Below, one piece after another: positions 50,878 to 64,000 of a stretch of 64,000 nt of DNA. The notes beneath the pieces are model-generated. The model saw nothing but the letters and a program-made list of their open reading frames with translations, was not told the origin of the DNA and did no database searches. Source of the DNA: the human T2T-CHM13v2.0 reference genome, Homo sapiens; the NCBI RefSeq assembly GCF_009914755.1, contig NC_060928.1. The stretch is one strand, 5' to 3'. The position numbers were made by a program, and so were the translations under genes. Numbering within the stretch: position 1 is the stretch's first letter; each line of letters opens with the position of its first letter.

Positions 50878-51503
50878 TAATAATGATGGTGCTGGTAACG
50901 ATGATAATGGTGGTGATGGTGAGGTTGGTATTGATTTTGTTGGTGGTGATGGTGGCGATAATAGTGGTTGTAATGGTGGTGATGGTAATGATGGTGACGG
51001 TGATGGTAGTGATGATGACGGTGGTGATGTTGGTGGTAATGATGGTGGTGATGGTGGTGGTGGTGGTAATGGTGGTAGTAACAGTGGGCTGTGGTGATGA
51101 CTGATGTTGCTGGTGGTGGTAATAGTGATGGTGGTGATGGTGGTAATGATGGGGGTGATGGTGGTGATGGTGGTGACGGTGCTGATGGTGGTAGGAATGA
51201 TGGTGGTGATAGTGACGGAGATGATAGTGATGGAGGTGGTGGTGATTGTAGTGATGTTGATGATGGTAGTGGAGGCTGTGGTAGTGATGGTGGTGGGGGT
51301 GGGGGTGATGGTGGTGGTGATGGTGATGGTGGTGGTAATGGTGACGGTGATGATGGTGATGGTGGTGGTGATGATGGTGAGGGTGATGTTGGTGGTGATG
51401 GTGGTGGTGGTGGTGATAATGGTGATAATGTTTGAGGTGATGGTGGTGGTAGTAATGATGATGATGATGATGATGGAGGTGGTGGTGGTAACAACGGTGA
51501 TTA
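50878..51503 (-). repeat. Degenerate (GAT/GGT)n low-complexity tract
   Basis: About 625 bp of ggtgatggt repeats; source of the poly-His, Pro/Ser and Thr/Ile ORFs. Confidence 0.95.
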
Positions 51504-51899
51504 CCATCCCTGAGCATTTATACTATACGGTCTACTGCTGTGCTAAGCACCTCCCATTCTCTTCTTAAACTCACATATTCAACCATTTGAGATAAGAACT
51601 ATATTTATCTCTCCTAATTTATAGAAGAGGAGATTAAAGCCCCCAGAAATTTGATGAAAGTCACATGGCTGATAACCAGCAGATTTAGCATCTAATCCAT
51701 GATTGTCCTACTTCCCAGCCTTCTCTTAGGCACCACTCCACACTGTTTCTTCTACCACTTGCAGCTCTAATCTTTTGACTTTCAAGGAAGTTCTCCAATG
51801 TATCATGCAAAGGACCTGTGATAGCAAAAGCCTCAGGCTGCCTGATTTGTTCACGTTTTGTAAACACCTACTTTCATCCCTCATCCCTGCTACATCATG

Positions 51900-52235
51900 A
51901 TCTGCCCTTTTGTTTGCTTATCCCTGATCCAAGATTCTAATCATGTACCTCTTCTCCCATGTGGTCTATCCTGCACATACCAGGTGAATTTCTTGCAAAC
52001 GATATGTACCATCACAAAATCCTTATGCTCAGAAATTTTTAGTGGATTCTCCTAGTGTGAAGGACTAAATAGACTAAGCTAAACTTTTGAAAGTCCCTTA
52101 GGACATCCTTCTAGGACCTCTAATATCACAGTCTCTGTGATAGCTCCTTAATGCCCTGGGCTGAATTCCATCTCTGTGACTTTGTTTATGCACATACTGC
52201 CTGGAATGCCTTCCTCCTCCCTCTCCATCCTGCTT
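51900..52235 (+). mobile_element. L2 fragment
   Basis: atgctcagaaatttttagtggattctcc, ctgcctggaatgccttcctcc. Confidence 0.6.
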
Positions 52236-52953
52236 CTTCTGAAAATGAGACTTACTAGACTATTTTAATCTGCAATCTAGAACATTCACACATTCTTCAT
52301 CATGGAGTAGCACGATCTAAGGTTGGGCTGCAATGAATATTGTTTGGACAGCTCTTCTCACACTGAATGGACAGGGCAAGTCACTAAAAGCAAGGACCAC
52401 ACTGTGTCAGAGCCATGCAGATCTGACCCTGCTGCTGACCAGCTACATGATCTTGGGCAAGTGGCTTTACCTCTCCTAGCCAATTTCCTTATCTATTACA
52501 AAATGGAATGGAAATAATAAAATCTTAGTGGGCAGAGGTATGGTGAAAAATGAAATGAGAGAAGAGAAAGATCTTCCTGATAAGCTTTAGAAGTTGTAAA
52601 GACAATCAGGAATGTCAGGCACAGAGCACACTGCCTGGATTGGAAAAGGTGTTTGGGAATGTGACTTGATTGCCCTCTCCTACACATCCTCAAGCACACT
52701 GCAGGGCACATGGTGCTGTAATAATCATTTAGAGCCCCTGTGCTCCAGGCATTGTGCCAAATCTTGGCATCAAGAGTGCTTTTAATCCTTTTTCTCTCCT
52801 TTAATTGTTCTTATTCTTTTCTGCCAATATCCCTGTGTTACAGCATATATTGAGGCTTACAGACAGGATTCAAAGCTGGGTTGGCTCATCTGTTTCTTAG
52901 CCCCTTGGCTTTGCTGCCCTTCAGCAGCACACACTAAATAGCTATGTGCTTCT

Positions 52954-53251
52954 TTTCTTTCCTTTTTTTTTGACAAGGTCTCACTCTGTCACCCAGATTG
53001 GAGTGAAGTGGCAAGATCATGGCTTACTGCAGCCTCGACCTCCCAGGCTCATGTGATCTTCCCACCTCAGCCTCCTGAATAGCTGGGACTACAGGCATGT
53101 GTCACTACATGAATAATTTTCTTTTATTTTTTGTAGTGATAGGATTTTGCTATGTTGCCCATGCTGGTCTCAAACTCCTGGACTCAAGTGATCCACCTGC
53201 CTTGGCCTCCCAAAGTGCTGGGATTACAAGCATGAGCCACTGCACCTGGCC
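52954..53251 (-). mobile_element. AluJ SINE
   Basis: Full length antisense; TSD gc(t/c)atgtgcttct at 52941 and 53252. Confidence 0.92.
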
Positions 53252-53899
53252 GCCATGTGCTTCTCGACCAAGCAAACTTCCTAGTTCCTCAGGCCTGGAG
53301 TGCCTCCATGCACACAAATGGACCACATCCCGCTCCTCAGGGAGAGCTTGTGGTTTGTGCTTGTGCGGGAAATGGTTTCTAATCAACAACAGTAGAGGAG
53401 GCTGACCTACAGGTCAAATTTAAATGCCCCTTGTTATGGAGGGGAAGGAAATTTCCACGTAGTTTTACAGGGAGGGGGTAAGTCAACAGCAAGGCCTTTG
53501 GAATCATCATTGCAAAGCTAAGGAGAAAGTCAAGGTTGATAAAGAGCCTAGACCTTTGATTCTGATGGAAAAATGGGTTCAGAGAGAAGGAGTGATTTGC
53601 TGAAGCTAGTGGCAGGGCTTGGGGGGAATCTGGAGCCTGATTCCCTGTTCACTGCACCACATCTCGACCACCTCTCCTGTGTCCCATTCCCTAGAGGCCT
53701 GGCTCTCTGCCAGGACTAACCTGGCCATCTCCTCCATGTTCTAATGGCGATGGGTGAGTGTGTGACATTTTACACTTCCCAGCTATCATTTTCTGTCATT
53801 TTTATTTATAACATCTTCACCATGTTTCTGGCCTTACGCTTGTCTCTATGAAAATTATTGAGCAGTGAAGGAGTTGAACCACGATTAAGACAAAGTCAT

Positions 53900-54380
53900 T
53901 GCTCTCCCTAAGGGTTGTAGTGACACATGGCCAACTTAAAGAAGTATAAAAATCAAACAAGTAGGACTCATTTTTCTCTGACATAAGAATTCTGGAAATA
54001 ACTGGTCCAGAATCCAGGGCTCCTTAGGACCCAAGACTCCTCAACTCACTGGTGCCACCATCCATAGCCTGCAGTTCCTGTACTCTTGGTCACAGGGCGG
54101 ACCGTCCTCCACCCCCACCATCATAATGTCTTTCTGAGCAGGAAGAAGGGGTAAATGTGAGGGGCAAAAAAGCATATGCCAATTGGTTCATCCCTGTTTA
54201 AGGTCTTTACTAGAAAGATCTTCCCCATACATCCCATTGGCTACTGCAAACTGCAAGAGAGGCTGAGAATTAAGTTTGTATTTGAGTTGGTATACTGAAG
54301 GCTCCCAGTAAAACTAACGTGCTTTTAGAAAGAAAGAAGGGAAGTGGATATTGAATAGACTACCAGCTGTCTCTGCCACA
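53900..54380 (-). mobile_element. Old MLT1 (J/K-type) LTR
   Basis: catcccattggc, ctgcaagagaggctgagaa, gtggatattgaatagac...tctctgccaca end. Confidence 0.7.
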
Positions 54381-54984
54381 GTGGAGTTAAAGACTTCCTA
54401 AAATTGTATGCAAAATGAAGAATATATACATGTGATTTTCAGGGAAGAGAGTCTACAACATTTCTTAAATTTTCAATGGGATCCCTTGGGTTGAGTACCT
54501 CTAGTCCAAACAAAGATCTGTGCAGCAACAATTCTAATAGCTTAACATTGGTTCTTCATGCCTACACCCAGTCAATTTCCTCAGCATTAAGAGCATGGGA
54601 GGCATTAGGAAAAAAATGCAAGGCTCCCAGGCAGGGATTCTGCTTTACCAGCCCAGAGCTTCCACATCACAACTGCGTGACCATGGGAAATCCCATAACC
54701 CTTTTGAACCTCAGTTTCTTAGTCTATTAAAAGGGAGGGAAAACCTACCTCAAAAACTTGTAAGAGGATATTTCTACTTCTTGCATAGAAATAGGAACAG
54801 GAACCAGATTTATTCTCCCTCCTGAAACAAATAAAAACCAAGACAAAACATGTTAAAACTGGTTTTCAGATATTGGCCATCAGGCAGCACAAGACCAAAA
54901 TCCTTGAGAAAGAGAAAACAAACAAGGCTACAATTGCCCAGCCTATTGCTTGGACACCATTTCCTGAGATCAGTGCAGGGAGGC

Positions 54985-55345
54985 TATCTTAGTAAGTTTT
55001 ATCCTGCTACAACAGAATACCTGAGACTGAGTAGTTTATAAACAACAGAGATTTATTTCTTACAGTTCTGGGGGCTGGGAAGTCCAAGATCAGGTGGCCT
55101 CCATCTGGCAAGGGTCTTTGTGCTGGGTCATCCCATGGTGGATGGCAGGAGGGCAAGGGAGGGTGAAAGAGAGCAAGAAATCAAACTCTCAGCCTCAAGC
55201 TCTTTTATAATCAGCACTAATCCATTCTTAAGAATGTAGCCCTCATAGCCCAAACACCTCCCATTAGGCCCCATCTCCCAACACTGTTGCACTGGGGATT
55301 TGATTTCCAGCACATGTGTTCTGAGCAACACATTCCAACTACAGG
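54985..55345 (-). mobile_element. MST (C/D-like) MaLR solo LTR
   Basis: acagaatacctgagactg, gctgggaagtccaagatca, ctcccattaggccccatctcccaacactgttgcactgggga. Confidence 0.85.
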
Positions 55346-57654
55346 AGAGGTCGAACCTAGGCAGCACTTGACCATCTCCACGAGCTGAAGTGCTGGAAGT
55401 GAGAGTACAGGGAGTACAAGATGGCTAAAATTCACGCAGAGTACCAGAGGTGGAAATAACACAGAAAGGGCTGCACAGGGTCCCTCCTGAGTCTTCATCT
55501 GATCCTGTAAGTACTTATCAGCACTTGCATGAGAGGAAGCTACCCTCCTCCAAAGAATTAGAGAAAACATCCCTAGCGTGCAAACAGACCAGGAATATAG
55601 CGTTTTCACCAGCCACAGTGGATAAGCCTCAGAGTTAGAAGGATGTCAGAGTACTACAGAAGGTATTTATAGTCTTAAAAGTGGGCAAAATTGGCCCTAG
55701 ACTAAAGGCTGCCTCGATAGCATCTAACAAAGATTAAAAACAAAGCTTGAAAGGAACAAATGGCTCCCAAGTTATTTAACCGTGTTGCAGGAAAAAAATC
55801 TCAAGAATACTTACAGAATATAAAAATGTCTAGCACACAAGAAAATAAGTATCATCATATGTGGTATAAAAGAAGCAATGGCATGCAGAGAAACTGTAAA
55901 ATAAAATGCATGATGAGAGCATCAGTCAACAGAAACAGAACAAAAAATAACACAGGTGATAGCATTAAGAGACAAGGACCCTAAAACAGTTATTACAACT
56001 ACATAACTATGTCTAAGAAAGTAGAGAAAAAATTGAGCACGTTGAGACATAGAAGGTATAAAAGAATCGAACTTCTAGAAATGAAAATTACAATGCCTGA
56101 GATTTTTAAAAAATAAAACAAAACACTTTATGAGATTAACAGCAGATTAGAAACTGCAGAGAGAAAAGATATGTGAACTTGAAGACCTAGTAATATAAAC
56201 TATTCAAAAATGAACTACAAAGGAGAAAAAAACTGAAAAAAAATCAAACAGAGCATCATTGACTTGCGGTACAGATTCTAGTTTGCTAACATATGTGTAT
56301 TATAATCCACAAAGGAGAAGAGAGAAAGGGAAAATAGAAACAATATTGGAAGAATTAAGAGCTAAAAAATTTCCAAATTTGATGAAATCTTTAACACACA
56401 GAGCCAGTGAACCCACTGCAAAAAAAAAAAAGAAGAAGAAGAAAACATTATCAAGGTACATCATAATTAAATTGCTTTAAAACAGTGATAAGGAGAAAAT
56501 CTCAAAAGGACCCTGTAACAAAAAAGACATTACATATAGAAAAACAGTGATAATAATAGCTGCAGATCTCTCATTGGAATCAATGTAAGCCAGAAAGAAG
56601 TGGAGCAAAATATTTAAAGAACTGAAAGAAAAAAAAAAAGGTTGGATAAAAATCTTATGACCAGCAAAAAGTTCTTTATAAAGAAAGGGGAAATAAAAAG
56701 AGAGGATTGAAAAGGACATACAAAAATTAAAAGCAGCAGAGCAATATTACAAGAAGTATTAAAGGAAATTATTCAGGCAAAGTAACATGAGATGGGATGA
56801 AAACCTGGATCTACACAAAGAAAAAATGAACAGCAGAAATAGTAAATGTGTTGGTAATGTAAAGGGTTTCTTTTCTAAATTTCTGACCACTTTGAAACAT
56901 AATTGGCAGTTTATATTTTAAAATAACAACCGTGTGGTTTATAACCTGTAGAGGCTGAGTATGTAACAACAGCAGCACAAAGGCTAGGAGGTGGTTCATT
57001 CTTATACTACAATGTGAAGCGGTGCAATACTACTTGAAGGTAAACCGTGATAGGTTAAAAATGTATACTATCAACACTAACGCATCACTAGAGAAAGAAA
57101 ACATTCAACTTTTGCCAAGGTGCCAAGGCAATTCAATAAGGAAAAGATAATCTTTCAACAAATGATGCTGTAACAATTGGATAGCCATATGCAAGAAAAT
57201 GAACCCTGACATTTACGCTAAAGCATGTGCAAAAACTAACCTAAACTATATCATAAATCTAAAATGTAAGAGCTAAAACTATAAAACTTCAAGAGGATAG
57301 CATAGAAGAAAATCGTAGTGATCTTTGATTTGTTAAGATTTCTTAAGTAGGACACAGAAATTTCCAACTATAAAAGAAAAGTATCTAATTGTATTTAATC
57401 AAAATATAAAGTTTTTGCTTTTTGAAAGACACTCAAATGAAAAGGTAAGCCACAAATTCGGCAGAGTTTTTTGTGAAACATATATCCAGAAAAGGACTCA
57501 TATCTAGACTATATAAAGAATTATCAGAACTCTGTAAGAAAAATAAACTAATTTTTAAATGGACAAAAGACTTAAATAAGATATGTGGATAGCAAATACT
57601 GACATTAAAAGATGCCCAACATCATTAATCATTGGGGAATTAAAACTACAAGGA

Positions 57655-57950
57655 GGTAGGGCGAGGTGGCTCATACCTGTAATCCTTGTGCTTCGGGATG
57701 CTGGAGCCGGAGGATCACTTGAGGCCAGGAGTTTGAGACCAGCATGGGCAGCATAGTGAGACTGTGTCTTTAATTTTTTTTTTAATTAGTTGGACATGAT
57801 GATCAGCGCCTGTAGTCTGAGCTACTTCAGAGGCTGAGGTGGGAGATTCACTTAAGCTCAGGAGTTAGAGGCTGCAGTGCACTAAGATGGAGCCACTGTA
57901 CTCCAGCGTGGTTGACAGAGTGAGACTCTGTCTCAAATAAAATAAAAAAT
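57655..57950 (+). mobile_element. AluJ SINE
   Basis: Diverged dimer; TSD aaaac(t/c)acaagg. Confidence 0.9.
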
Positions 57951-58819
57951 AAAACCACAAGGGGATACCACCACACACACATGCTAACATTAAAAAGACT
58001 GATTAACCAAGTATCAGAGAAAATGTCAAACAACTAGGGCTGTCATATGCTGCTAGGAGCATGAAAAGGTACAGTCTCTTTGGAAAGCAGTTTGGGAGTT
58101 TCTCAAAAAGTTACACTCATACCCCCAAATGACCCACCATCCTACTCCTAGGTATTTAGCCAACAGAGATGAAAGCATACAGAACTGCACACAAATGTTG
58201 GGAACACGTTGAGCAGCTTTATTTGCAATAGCCCCAAACTAGAAACTATCCGAATGTCCATCAGCAGGTGAATAGTAAACTGACTGGGTATATCTATGCA
58301 GTGGAATACTACCCAGCAAAAAAGTAATGAATGGTAGTACATGCACACCATGGACAGGTATCAAATTAATTATGTGGAGTGGAAGAAGCCAGACCAAAAA
58401 TGCACATATTGTAATGGTTCCATTTACATAAAATTCTAGAAAATCTGTCATAACAAATAGATTAGTGGCTCTCTGGAGTATCCAGTGGGGAAAGCAGGAA
58501 GGGATTATAACGATGCCCCAGAAAACTTTGGGAGATGATGACTTTTACGTTAACTAACTTCATTGTGATGATTGATTGATTTGTGTTCATATGCATCTGC
58601 TAACATTTTATCAAATTTTATGCTTAAAATATATGCAGTATGTCAATTATATCTCAACAAAGCTGGGATTTTTTTAAAGCTCGAAAGAGAAACTGAAATA
58701 CTAGACAAGAAGGAGGTAACTGCATGAGTTATGCATTCCAGACATAACATTCTTCCAAGGAAGATGAAAATGGTTCAAAAGAAAGTGAGTTTCTAAGAAG
58801 AGAGCCAATAAGATTAGAC

Positions 58820-59030
58820 ATGTAAATGCTTTTCCTATGGCAAGCTTTGCTCTTAGTAGTATTCCTGAGCTCACTCATTGCAAGTTCTCAACAATCTCCT
58901 GGGGGAGGGACTGTACTGTCCTCATTTTATCGATGAGGACACAGGCACAGAGAAGTGAAGGAACTTGCTCAAGGTTACACAGCTAGAAAGAGGTTGAGTC
59001 CGGAAGATGAACCCAAGCAATTTGGCTCAG
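58820..59030 (-). mobile_element. MIR SINE
   Basis: cattttatcgatgaggacacaggcacagagaagtgaaggaacttgctcaaggttacacagctag. Confidence 0.85.
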
Positions 59031-59607
59031 TGGCCTGGTCTCCTGTTCCTGCCACTCTCTTCTGTCCCTTGTGCCTTGTCCAGAGAGCTGAAAACAGCTG
59101 CAGTTCTATTCACAGCCCTAACGCCACAGCCGGGGTCTCTCGGAAGCTCTGTGGTTTTGGCCCCCTATGAGAGCTGTAGTACACGTTCCTTCGTTCTCTT
59201 CCCCAGCCTCCTCCCATTACCACTGTACCCCTTAGGAACATCTTAAGAGTTCCAGAACTTCCCAGGACCTTCAAAGCGGTTTTATGCCACCATGCCTGCT
59301 TATGACCCTCCTCCAATACGCATGCCCTGTTTTGCCAGCCAAGCCAGCACCTCACCTCAGGCTCAGCTCATCCATGAAGTCTTGACTGACTCAAGTCCCC
59401 ATCCCCAAGAAGAATTGGCCCTGTCCTCCTCTGCTCCCATTCCATGCCTCGTAGAGACTCTGAACCTGGCCGCAGTTCAAGGGCAGGAGAGCCTGGCTGT
59501 GGAGGATGCAGGGTTCTGGAAAGGCACCAAAAAGTCATAGCAAATGATGTGGGACAGGGGAGGCTGATCAGGGCTTAGCTTGCAAATAAAATTTAAAATT
59601 GTGAAAC

Positions 59608-59925
59608 AGATTGGGCATGGTGGCTTACACCTGTAATCCCCACAATTTGGGAGGCCGAGTCGGGGGGATCATTTGAGGTCAGCAGTTTGAGAGCAGCTTG
59701 ACCAACATGGTGAAACCCCATCTCTACTAAAACTGCCAAAAAAAAAAAAAAAAAAAAAACTAGCCAAGCGTAGTGGCGGGCGCCTGTAGTCCCAGCTACT
59801 CAGGAGGCTGAGGCAGAATTGCTTGAACTTGAGAGGCAGAGGTTGCAGTGAGTTGAGATCACGCCACTGGGTGACAGAGTGAGACTCCGTCTCAATAAAT
59901 AAATAGATAAATAAATAAATGAAAT
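59608..59925 (+). mobile_element. AluS SINE
   Basis: Dimer with expanded middle A-tract and (TAAA)n tail; TSD aa(a/c)attgtgaaac. Confidence 0.9.
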
Positions 59926-60281
59926 AACATTGTGAAACTGTTTATTTTACATTTCACAACATTTAGTCCTATGATACCAATGGACTGGCTCCTGGGACCG
60001 GTCAAGATGAGATAAGAGTTGATCCTTCTGGAGATCCTGACAAATTGTAGGACACCAGGATGCGTCAAGCCAAGAGCATCATTTTTTACAGCATTCGAGG
60101 AGCTCATCAATGCTCCCAGGAGCCTCTCTCAAGTTTGGATATGCACATCCCTCCTCTGGAAGTGCCTGTGCTGTCCTGATTGAGTGGATCTGCTCTTCGT
60201 CAAATGTTCTCGGAGTTAATCCCACCAGATCCTCCTGTGTCTCCAGTTTTGCTTGTGGCAGAAGAAATTCTTGAAAAACAT

Positions 60282-60765
60282 TGTGGCAGGTAGAATAATG
60301 GTCTCAAAGATGTCGACGTCCTAATCCCTGGAGTCTATGAATATGCCACCTTACAGGATAAAGGGGACTTTGAATATGATGAAGTTAAAGACCTCGAGAT
60401 GGGGGAACTCTCCTGGACAGTCTGGGTGGGCCCAAAGTCATCTCAAGGGTCCTCGTAAGAGGGAAGCAAGAGGGTCAGAGTCACAAAAAGTAGATGTGAT
60501 GAAGGAACCACAAGTTGGAGTGATGTACTTTGAGGATGGCAGAAAGGGCCATGACCCATGGAACACAGGAGGCCCCTAGAAGAAGGAAAGGGGAGGAAAT
60601 GAATTCTCCCCTAGGAGGAACACCATCTTGCCCATACTTTGATTTTAGCCTTAGGGAGACCCAGTTCTGATTTCTGACCTTCAGAACTGTAAGGTAATAA
60701 CTTTGTGTTCTTCAAGTCACTAAGTTTGTGGTCATTTGACACAGCAGCAGTAGGAAACGAATGCC
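60282..60765 (+). mobile_element. MLT1D MaLR solo LTR
   Basis: tgtggcaggtagaataatgg, gtcctaatccctgga, ttctgaccttcagaactgtaag, cactaagtttgtggtcattt. Confidence 0.88.
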
Positions 60766-60829
60766 ATTTTTATCCACTTCGAGGAAATCGTGCATCTTTG
60801 AAAACTTTGAAATTTGCTTTGCAGTCACA

Positions 60830-61240
60830 GTGGGAGCTGGACGCATGGTTGATGTTCTGTGTCTGCCCCTCCAGTCATCCCACCCAGGCCCTCATTCTCC
60901 TATGAATGTCACACAGCCAAGTCCTCCCTGGGAACTGCCCTCTGCAGAAGATAGCAGCCTCACCCAAGGTTATGACCCCTCTCCACTGGGGCAGCCTGCA
61001 TTGAATGAACAGTCAATCCCAGGGGACAGAGTCTGGCCTTGATTTGGATAGTTTCAGGCTCATCCCAGCTTCAGAGCTCCACGTGGTGCTCAGTGGTGGC
61101 TGCATCACGTTTTAGCTTCTCCCCTGTCTAAGGTGCTCCTCTCTCTCCCTCCTGGGCATTGCTGCCCAGAGCACTCTCCAGGAATTTTCTGCATGCAAAT
61201 CAGCTCTCAGACATGTTTCTTGGTATACTCCATGTAAGAC
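60830..61240 (+). mobile_element. LTR16-type ERVL LTR
   Basis: gggaactgccctc, cctcacccaaggttatg, cagagcactctcc...ctgcatgcaaatc...taagaca end. Confidence 0.7.
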
Positions 61241-61529
61241 AGCAAACATTTAGATTGTGTTGCTTGCAGTCAAGGGAGTCAGATGGCCTCGGGCTGGTCT
61301 GCCTGGAGCAGAGACAAGGTTTGTGGTTTTAACAAGATGATTGATGGAGGTGAGCAGAGAAGGCCGTTTGCTGGGGATGACAGTATATGTAGTCCATTCA
61401 CTTGTGAGGCTCTTCCTCTTACAAAGACCTATGTTTGTTTCCTTTGCTGCACAGTACCTGCCAGGGCTTGGATAATGAACCCATATGTACAGGGACTGCG
61501 TAAACTTGTCTTTCTGTGTCTGCACATCC

Positions 61530-61714
61530 CCTCCAGACAAGCCCAGCTCAGCAGCCTGCTGGATACCACTAAGTAACCCTCATCAATGCCAAATAAACCA
61601 GAGAATCATCCTGATGAACCCTGACCCCTCACCCCCAAATCATGACATAGAATAAAATGTTTTGTGTCACTAAGTTTGGGGCTGTTTGTTACGCAGCAGT
61701 GGAAACATGGAACA
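61530..61714 (+). mobile_element. Old MLT1 LTR 3' fragment
   Basis: aaatcatga...aataaaatg...cactaagtttggggctgtttgttacgcagca. Confidence 0.75.
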
Positions 61715-62849
61715 GTCATTTGGACTGACCTTTGGACAGTCATTTGGAGAGGTGACATCATATTAAATGAGTAGCAAGTACCACTGCAGGAATTAGTGGG
61801 GGTGGAGGGAGCACCTCCAGATCGGAAGGGCAAAAAGGAAAGTTTTGAGACTGTACTAAGTGCCAAGCCTCAGGCAAGGGCTTCCACCTCTGCTATCTCG
61901 AAGAGTCTTACAGTCCTTGGGTGAGGTGGGAAAGCCTCTCCCCATTCTACAGAGGGGCAGATGAAGGCCTGGAGAAAGGTAAGGTGACTTGTTCAAAGTC
62001 ACACCACTAGTTCCTTGCATTCAATTATTTACCAATTAATTAATTAATTCAACAAGTATTTCATGAGTGTCTGCTATACGGCAAGCTCCATGCGAGTTCC
62101 TGGGGAAGCATCATGAAAAAAAGAAAGGGTAGAGTTGGTAACAGGGATTGGGAGTGCATTTGGGAGAGAGGGCTGCAGATGCAAGTCAGGTGGTCAGAGT
62201 GGGCTTCTCCAGGAGGGAACACTTAAGCCAGTATGGAAGGGGAGAAGGGTGGGAACTTGCGGTCTAGGAAAGCTTCCTCCACAGCTCTGGGGCTCAGGTC
62301 TACAGCCTGCGGGGCATAGATACTCCTGAGTTTTCCGGTATAGAAACCTGCACCGCCTTCAGCTGTGCTGGGCACTGCCTGGGCCCTCCATTGGAGGCAG
62401 GGCAGGGCAGGCAACGTGGCACCAGATAATGATGCCTCTGTGTCGCCCACACTGGCCGCACCAGCTGCAAGAGCCATCCGGTGGCTCCAAGTTAATTGCT
62501 CCAGAGCACAAGGGGCTGTATAATTTGGATCAAAGGGCCCCTCTCTTGAAGTCTTAATTGTGGCACTTCACGCTGCCCTGGGGCGAGCTGAGCCACAGCA
62601 GCACTGCCTCTGGGGTGGTGCCTCTGGTCTCAGCTTTGCCACTTGCCACTGTGTGTTGTCTACCTTTCCTGGCCTCAGTTTCTTTGCCTATAAAATGGAA
62701 GTGAAAAGATCCTCCTTCCCACTACCCCCTACCGTAGGCGAGGATGAAGTCAGGAAGTTGGTATGCAAATAATGTCATAAATACGTCTTGAATCCTAAGT
62801 CCTACCTACCCTGGACAAATTACTGTTCTTTGAACTCACCCTGGTTATT

Positions 62850-63330
62850 GATCCATCCATCCATTCATTCCGCATTGCCTGTGTGCCCATTTTGTGCTAG
62901 GCATGGGTTCTGGGGTTGCAGAGGTGACCAAGACACCGTCACTGGCCTCTATGAGCTGACTGTCTGGAGAGGGGCAAGGGTTGAGTAGAGAACCACAGTC
63001 CTGCTGGGAACAGGGTCTTTGGGCTGGGCTTTGAAGCTCACACAGGAGTCTGCCCCTTTATGGGAGGACATCCCAGCGGAGGAAACTGCACATGCAGAGG
63101 CAAGGCATGATGCGGTGTGTCAGTGGGGAATGCTCACTGGACAATGGAGGCAAGGGCTTTACAGGCCAGCAGGGGAGTCTGGACTTGAGAGCCATAGAAG
63201 GGTTTTAAGCAAGGGAGAGATATGATCGGCTTTATGTGGGGGGAGGGATCTCTTGTAGCAATGTGCAGGCCAAAGAGTGAGAGGCTGGGGGCAAAGCGAT
63301 CAGGAAGGAGGCAGTTGCAATGGCTTAAAT
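62850..63330 (-). mobile_element. L2 fragment
   Basis: catccatccattcattc (L2 tail), tgtgctaggcatgg, gagccatagaagggttttaagcaaggg, aggaggcagttgcaat. Confidence 0.75.
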
Positions 63331-63529
63331 GGGACTTCATTCCTACACTCCGTGAATACTTTTTGAACACCTACTGTAAGCCAAGCACTGCGCAGGCTCT
63401 GGGAAAGTGTGAGACAACGTTTGCACTCTAATGGGGAAGAAGACAATAAACATAAATATGTCAGGAAGTGTCAGATGCTGACAAGAGCTCCAGAGAAAAC
63501 TCAAGCAGACGTGAAAGGGTCCCTGGGGT

Positions 63530-63880
63530 AGGCAGGCCCTTAGCATCCCTGCTCCGTGCCTTCTGCTTCCTCTTCCTGGACTTCAGGGGCTGGAAAGCTA
63601 AAAACTACATTTCCCAGACTTCCTTGCAGTTCTGGATCCAAGACAAATTAGGTTCCATCAAATAGATGCATCTGGAGCCCTGGAAGAACAAGCAGGGCGA
63701 GGCCTTCTTTCCAGCGCTTCACGCTCCTTTTTGTTGGCAGCCAGGGCACGTTTCTGCCGCAGTCAGCGTTCCAGTGGAGTGTGGTTCCTGCAGGTTCCTA
63801 GAGGGACAGTTTTAGCAGTGGTTGCAACCTTCTGATTTCCTCTCCCTGATCCCTGATTATAGCCATAGCTGTGGTCCTTT
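63530..63880. mobile_element. LTR33-like ERVL LTR
   Basis: ggctggaaagctaaaaactacatttcccagacttccttgcag; orientation and boundaries uncertain. Confidence 0.55.
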
Positions 63881-64000
63881 ACTGTTGAGATCTAACCTCC
63901 TATATAAAGTGTGCAAAAGTGAATTCTTGATTAGTTTGTTACATGTACACATACATCCATGTAACCACCCCATCGTCTAGCTATAAAGCATTTCCATCTG

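Larger units (their letters stand above)
54770..58680 (+). mobile_element. Old L1M LINE (5' region, decayed ORF1, partial ORF2, 3' UTR)
   Basis: A-rich sense strand; ORF1 remnants (FPNLMK, RYIIIKLL); ctttcaacaaatgatgctg, ctactccctaggtattta, tatgtcaattatatctcaacaaagct; interrupted by MST and AluJ. Confidence 0.85.

Noticed and set aside
50758-51568. Poly-His, Pro/Ser and mucin-like ORFs
   Set aside because: Translations of the (GAT/GGT)n low-complexity tract

Overview
This window is primate, most likely human, nuclear DNA of about 50% GC. It is non-coding (intergenic or a large intron), and I find no supportable protein-coding gene, tRNA, rRNA or CRISPR array. The long ORFs in the track come from (CAY)n/(RTG)n low-complexity tracts or decayed transposons. 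Much of the window is interspersed repeat: many MIR and L2 fragments, seven full-length Alus plus one Alu monomer, old L1M pieces, L3/CR1, MaLR LTRs (MLT1, MST, one complete two-LTR THE1-type element), LTR16/LTR33 and DNA transposons (MER102, MER58A, two MER44, Charlie1a, a decayed hAT transposase relic). Subfamily names are recalled from consensus sequences, not from a RepeatMasker run. Most notable: (1) two locally templated insertions at about 39.7 kb and 42.5 kb, each flanked by a short direct repeat and copied from donors 1-10 kb away; one is a direct-plus-inverted mosaic with twin-priming-like geometry; (2) a 140-bp poly(A)-tailed retrocopy of an unidentified 3' end inside Charlie1a; (3) a 6 x 59-bp VNTR whose unit carries TCF/LEF, TEAD and STAT-type motifs; (4) several repeat-free blocks rich in TCF/LEF and homeodomain motifs that look like developmental or Wnt-responsive enhancers; (5) a very young AluY with 3 of the 5 Ya5 diagnostic bases.
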